Source: a virus
Strand: one strand, 5' to 3'
Length of the DNA stretch: 64,000 bases
Virus record (IMG/VR): IMGVR_UViG_3300029989_000005
The notes beneath the pieces are model-generated. The model did not search any database. It was given only the letters and a program-made list of their open reading frames with translations, and was not told where the DNA came from. Below, one piece after another: positions 59,433 to 64,000 of this stretch (its first letter is position 1; the number at the start of each line of letters is the position of its first letter). Position numbers and translations under genes: made by a program.

Positions 59433-60800
59433 ATGTCAAAATTCAAATCAATATCCCCAATAGATAGTAGATACCGTAAGGATGGTGTTATGCGTGAACT
59501 ATGTTCATACGAGAATCAGATAAACACAAAAATTTATTCTGAATTTCAATGGTTTCTCTTTCTTTGTGAAATTAATGGTATACCACCAAGTAATTCACAA
59601 CTTAATGAGCTATATTCACACCTTTTTAACAACTTAGAAAAATTTAATGCTTTTGAAAAAATAACAAAGCATGATATAAAAGCTGTTGAATATTATGTAA
59701 AATCTGTTGCTCAAAGTTCTGATTTTTACACATCAAAATCAGAACTTGAGGGTATAAAAATTATATCATACATACATTTTGGTCTTACAAGTCAAGATAT
59801 AGTAAGCCTATCATCAAATTCACTTTTTTCAAATATTTCTAATGAATTGATATTTAACATTACAATGTTATTGGACTCGTTACATAAAGTATTTTGTGAA
59901 AATTCTGTATTAATGATTGGATTCACTCACGGACAACCCGCTGTACCAATAAATTCAAAATTAATATACAAAAACTATAATAGTAGAATCTCATCTTTAC
60001 TCACCAATCTGACTAATATACAACCAAGTGTTAAGTTTGGTGGTGCTGTTGGTAATAATTCATCTATGAAACTAATAGGTATTACCAACATAGATGAATT
60101 AATGGATAAATTTATTAATGGGTTTACATCATTGAACTTGAGTGTAAATATGTCATTAAAACGTTCTGAGAATACTACTCAAGTTGATAATTGGGTATAT
60201 TTGGTTGATTTACTTAAAGAATATTTACAACTTGCATCAATATGTATTGATTTATGCCGAGATTTATGGCATTATTGTTCAATAGGATATTTGTATCAAA
60301 GTAAAGATGATGGTCAAATTGGTTCATCAACGATGGTTCAAAAAACTAATCCAATAGATTTCGAAAATTGTGAGGGTATAATGGAAAAGATGGAATCTGA
60401 TTTTTCATTTTATATCAAGAAATTTTCGAAATCAAGATTACAACGTGACCTGACTGATTCTGTTGCTATTAGAATGGTATTTGAAAGTTTCGCAATGTTT
60501 GATGTTGCCATAAATTCTTTACGTAGAGGCTTGTCTAAAACATCATTAAATGAAGAATTTATAACCAAAGAATTAGATAATCATTATGAAATGTCAGCTG
60601 AATATCTGCAGCTATTCATGAAAAATGCGGGATTACCCGACGCTTATGAAACAATATTCAATCGTCTGAAAGATACAAAGTTGACAGATAAACTTAGCTA
60701 CAGAAATTTTATTATTAAGCTTTATTCTGATTGTGTAATTAATAAGATAATGTATGATAAACTTATAAACTTTGACCTTAATGATTATAAAACATTTTAA
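59433..60800 (+). CDS. purB: adenylosuccinate lyase
   Basis: SPIDSRY, HDIKAVEY, IHFGLTSQD, THGQPA, KFGGAVG, GSSTM..K.NPIDFEN, SRLQRDLTDS. Confidence 0.93.
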   Translation: MSKFKSISPIDSRYRKDGVMRELCSYENQINTKIYSEFQWFLFLCEINGIPPSNSQLNELYSHLFNNLEKFNAFEKITKHDIKAVEYYVKSVAQSSDFYTSKSELEGIKIISYIHFGLTSQDIVSLSSNSLFSNISNELIFNITMLLDSLHKVFCENSVLMIGFTHGQPAVPINSKLIYKNYNSRISSLLTNLTNIQPSVKFGGAVGNNSSMKLIGITNIDELMDKFINGFTSLNLSVNMSLKRSENTTQVDNWVYLVDLLKEYLQLASICIDLCRDLWHYCSIGYLYQSKDDGQIGSSTMVQKTNPIDFENCEGIMEKMESDFSFYIKKFSKSRLQRDLTDSVAIRMVFESFAMFDVAINSLRRGLSKTSLNEEFITKELDNHYEMSAEYLQLFMKNAGLPDAYETIFNRLKDTKLTDKLSYRNFIIKLYSDCVINKIMYDKLINFDLNDYKTF

Positions 60801-60812
60801 TATCAACTGATT

Positions 60813-61034
60813 ATGATTATTATTATATTATTGTTAGGAATTTTTATATTTATACCATTTATATCCACGTTTGTTTTGGGTTCTATAATTCTTTATAATG
60901 ATTTATTTCATAATATACCATATAAAGAATTATACAAAATAAATAAAGCTTTCAAGACCTCATATATATTTTTCTTATCATCATTAATTGTATTTATTAT
61001 TATCATTTTATTTTTAAATAAAATAAAATTGTAA
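60813..61034 (+). CDS. small two-TM membrane protein
   Basis: 73 aa, two hydrophobic helices. Confidence 0.55.
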   Translation: MIIIILLLGIFIFIPFISTFVLGSIILYNDLFHNIPYKELYKINKAFKTSYIFFLSSLIVFIIIILFLNKIKL

Positions 61035-61735
61035 TGGTTACGCAGAAAGCTATTTCACCAATAACATATTTCTCAATAGAAACTAGACAGGAGATTGAAA
61101 TTAATGCTGATAAAATTATAGACTTTACAGATCAAATTTTTTCAAGCAAAAAGGCGGTTAATTTCAATCATAATGGAACTTTTATTATATCACCCGAATT
61201 TGAAGGTAAGCCAAATTTGGTATCATATGCATTATATACAGATCAAAATGTTGCCGATATAATGATGTTTTATAGTGAAATAAGCAATCCATTTTCTATT
61301 TCATCTGATATGATTGTTATGATGCCTGATATTTCTGATGCTGTTGGTGCTGTGAATTCTCAATCATCTGAGGTAACAAAGAAGAAAAAGAATAAATCGC
61401 AAATAGAATTTGCGAAGAACATTAATGTTCAAGACAAAAAGCGTGTTATGGAACTGATAAGACAAAGTAACCCATCTAGCGTTACTTTATCAGACATATC
61501 CAATATAAATGATGCGGGAATTAATACAAAAACAGGTAAGGTATCAACATTAGATGATTATATAAAATCACCCAACATGACAACATCTGATCAACTTAAG
61601 ATAATTGATGGGAAAGTTATATTGGGTGCTAATGTAAGTAGTAAAAAATGCTCTGATTCAGCAACAAAATCTCAGGGCTTATCAACATCAATAAGGCAAT
61701 CAATACTTGCTAAAATAAAAACAGGTGAAATTTAA
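61034..61735 (+). CDS. baseplate wedge protein (T4 gp53-like)
   Basis: EGKPNLVSYALY...IMMFYSEISNPFSI. Confidence 0.6.
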   Translation: MVTQKAISPITYFSIETRQEIEINADKIIDFTDQIFSSKKAVNFNHNGTFIISPEFEGKPNLVSYALYTDQNVADIMMFYSEISNPFSISSDMIVMMPDISDAVGAVNSQSSEVTKKKKNKSQIEFAKNINVQDKKRVMELIRQSNPSSVTLSDISNINDAGINTKTGKVSTLDDYIKSPNMTTSDQLKIIDGKVILGANVSSKKCSDSATKSQGLSTSIRQSILAKIKTGEI

Positions 61736-61738
61736 ATT

Positions 61739-62176
61739 TTATTTTGATGTTCTTCCGTAATAAAACTCCAAAGTACTCTTGATGGATTTTCTAACATCCT
61801 CCATATCCAAATTGTTTATTATTATATCAATAATTTCCTCTTGCTTTAAATCCTGTTCGAACAAATCTAATAAAAATTTAAATGTTTTTTTATCGTAAAC
61901 CTGTAGATTTATTGTAGACTTTAAAGGAATCTTTGACTTCCTAGATAAAATTTCTATAATTGTGCTTTCAACCTTTGGTGTATTTTTTGTAAATTCCGAT
62001 TTAATCATATTTATTCCCTCTTGCCTCACAGGTCTGTCTTTCGGCTTCAACATTATATTATCTACCTTTGTTGAGTTATCTGTAACTGATATCTCACTAG
62101 TGGCTTTTAATATACCTTCCAATTCGGGGTCAAAAAAATTACTATCTTCTGTTTTAGTGCTTTCAGGGGTGTCCAT
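61739..62176 (-). CDS. hypothetical protein
   Basis: 145-aa ORF. Confidence 0.6.
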   Translation of the reverse strand: MDTPESTKTEDSNFFDPELEGILKATSEISVTDNSTKVDNIMLKPKDRPVRQEGINMIKSEFTKNTPKVESTIIEILSRKSKIPLKSTINLQVYDKKTFKFLLDLFEQDLKQEEIIDIIINNLDMEDVRKSIKSTLEFYYGRTSK

Positions 62177-62275
62177 AATTTTTATACGTTTATATGTTTA
62201 TATGCTTAATTAAGTTATGTTTTCATGATTTGATACTATTGTAATAACGTGAATATAAATGTATAAAACAATAAT

Positions 62276-63406
62276 ATGATTACAATACCCGATATAAATA
62301 TTGTTATAGGTGATTTACATTTTGGTAGATATAGCAATGATCTGAAAGAGTTAGAAATATCACTTAACTATTTTAGAAAATTTATTTTGCCGATTCTTGA
62401 TAAGTTGAATAAAGCATATGGTGCTGAAAATGTTGGTATAATACAAGTTGGTGATGTATATGATAACAGATCATTAATTTCAACCGAAATACAAGATTCA
62501 ATACTCGATACGTTCGAAAAAATTTCTGAGCACAATATTGTTGTTGTTGATACGGGTAATCATGATAAGTTTAATCAAACAATAACAACAAATCGTGTGC
62601 TATCATACATAAGTAACTGTATTGTTGTAAGACAGCCTACAAGATTTTTAACAAAAAGCGGTAAAAAGGTATCATTCATCCCCGCAATTGAAAATAAAGA
62701 TGGATTAGCTGAGGTTATATCAAACGATGAATACGCTGATTATATGTTTGGTCATGATGATATAGCGGGATTTTCTCATGAAGGAATTATGGTAACCGAG
62801 GAAAAATCTATTAATATGTCACATTTTTCCAAGTATAAGCATGCTATCATCGGTCACATCCACAAGCCACAAGAGAACAAAAATATAGTTTATGTTGGTG
62901 CAGCATATCACACAAGGAAAAATGAGTGGGAAAACAAACCACAGATTATGATAATAAATATTGCCGATGAATCATTTAAATATATAGAAAATAATGTATC
63001 ACCAAAATATTTAAATGTATATCTTCCCGATTTATTGGATATGACTGTTACCGATGCAAATGATTTAATTAAAAATAACAGGGTTTCCGTGTTTGTTGAT
63101 GATTTTAATAGAATAAGTACAGTAAAGATAACTGAATTTCTTACAGGTTACTATTCACTTAAATATGAACAAAAAGTTGGTAAAATATATTCACAGAATG
63201 AAATAACTAATTCTGATGAAAATGTTGATTTTGATATAAATGATGATATCAAAGATATTATGTCAGAATACGTTACATCATTAGATTCTGTGATTATAGA
63301 TAAGAAGCTAATTCAAATTTCAGCGGTAACAAAGGATAAAATTATAAATAACCTTAACAAATTATATGAAATATCTAAAGACAATGTGAAAATGTTGGAT
63401 ATATAA
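62276..63406 (+). CDS. Mre11/SbcD-like nuclease (T4 gp47-like)
   Basis: GDLHFG, GDVYDNR, GNHD, FGH, GHIHKPQ, YVG. Confidence 0.92.
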   Translation: MITIPDINIVIGDLHFGRYSNDLKELEISLNYFRKFILPILDKLNKAYGAENVGIIQVGDVYDNRSLISTEIQDSILDTFEKISEHNIVVVDTGNHDKFNQTITTNRVLSYISNCIVVRQPTRFLTKSGKKVSFIPAIENKDGLAEVISNDEYADYMFGHDDIAGFSHEGIMVTEEKSINMSHFSKYKHAIIGHIHKPQENKNIVYVGAAYHTRKNEWENKPQIMIINIADESFKYIENNVSPKYLNVYLPDLLDMTVTDANDLIKNNRVSVFVDDFNRISTVKITEFLTGYYSLKYEQKVGKIYSQNEITNSDENVDFDINDDIKDIMSEYVTSLDSVIIDKKLIQISAVTKDKIINNLNKLYEISKDNVKMLDI

Positions 63407-63449
63407 AAAGGAAAATTAACCATTATTAAACCATTTATTAATTACAGCT

Positions 63450-63815
63450 ATGCAAGAACTTATTAACAAATTAGCCAATTTAAAAAACGGTTTACAAGTC
63501 AAGAAATCTTTTAATACTCTCGATGAAATTTACAATAAAACGTATTTTACAGAGATGGTTAAGCATTTTGACACCACCATTTCTGAAATTTCTGAAGGTG
63601 TAGTAAACCGTTCTACCATTTCTCTGAAAATATTGGAGTATACATCATTAATTGATGAATTAATTGAAAAACGTAAGAAAATCGAGAATTTTAACGACAA
63701 AAATTCCACTATGGAAAGATCAAAGATCACGTCATACATTGATTTTTTAACTCAGCTCAAGGATGTTTTTAATGAAGAACTTGGTGAAGAATTAAAAGAC
63801 ACTTATAAAAATTAA
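63450..63815 (+). CDS. hypothetical protein
   Basis: 121-aa helical ORF. Confidence 0.6.
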   Translation: MQELINKLANLKNGLQVKKSFNTLDEIYNKTYFTEMVKHFDTTISEISEGVVNRSTISLKILEYTSLIDELIEKRKKIENFNDKNSTMERSKITSYIDFLTQLKDVFNEELGEELKDTYKN

Positions 63816-63818
63816 TAT

Positions 63819-64000
63819 ATGTCACATTCAAAAACGCTTTTTAACCCCTTTTTTAAAGAAGGGAAAATTTCATTCATTATGGATGGGTTCGCTGGGAGTA
63901 GTGGAAAGGGTCTTTTAGCATCAAATTTGGTAAAATACAGCAATAATTGTAATTTTGCTGTTTCAACCAATGGTCAAAATGCATCTCATTATTATGAGGA
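63819..64000 (+). CDS. PurA/PurZ-family synthetase N-terminus, PurZ-type P-loop (truncated by window end)
   Basis: Hand-translated MSHSKTLFNPFFKEGKISFIMDGFAGSSGKGLLASNL...STNGQNASHYYE; GSxGKG rather than PurA GDEGKG. Confidence 0.7.
   Translation, partial: MSHSKTLFNPFFKEGKISFIMDGFAGSSGKGLLASNLVKYSNNCNFAVSTNGQNASHYYE

Noticed and set aside
151-63739. Many short ORFs in the track antisense to long genes (for example 25998-26594, 50038-50454, 55311-55643)
   Set aside because: Shadow frames fully overlapping well-supported genes, with Ser/Ile/Leu-rich composition typical of antisense AT-rich DNA
1-64000. Stop-codon reassignment (TAG or TGA recoding, as in some Bacteroidota phages)
   Set aside because: Core genes are full length in the standard code, and TAG/TGA end genes immediately before the next start (for example 39405 and 30332). 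The terL and polB breaks are not explained by read-through.

Overview
AT-rich segment of a large T4-like (myovirus/jumbo-type) phage genome. The host is probably a Bacteroidota: genes have A-rich leaders with no Shine-Dalgarno, and there is a Bacteroidota-type dUTPase, a DUF4494-like gene and a Bacteroidota-style tmRNA resume context. About 1-54.4 kb is almost all minus strand; most genes switch to plus after a non-coding break at about 54.5 kb. T4 core homologues are present but scattered: gp2, gp4, gp13, gp14, gp17 N-part, gp19, gp20, gp41, gp43 C-half, gp46, gp47, gp53, gp55, UvsX/W/Y. Also present are NrdJ, dUTPase, PurB, a PurZ-like gene cut by the window edge, an RlmN/Cfr-like enzyme, an Acb1-like 2H phosphoesterase, a tmRNA and a tRNA(CAU). 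The main finding is a possible split-intein relay. The terminase large subunit is broken at Walker A and ends in a short IntN. About 15 kb away, a stand-alone gene encodes an IntC fused directly (HN|C) to a second IntN with no extein between them, which suggests a multi-step trans-splicing cascade for building the packaging motor. Other notable signals are a possible 2-aminoadenine (Z) pathway, a perfect bacterial parS site, two sigma54-type promoter modules, an ECF-like sigma fused to MORN-type repeats, and several unannotated structured RNAs. All calls come from motif recognition by eye; no searches were run.
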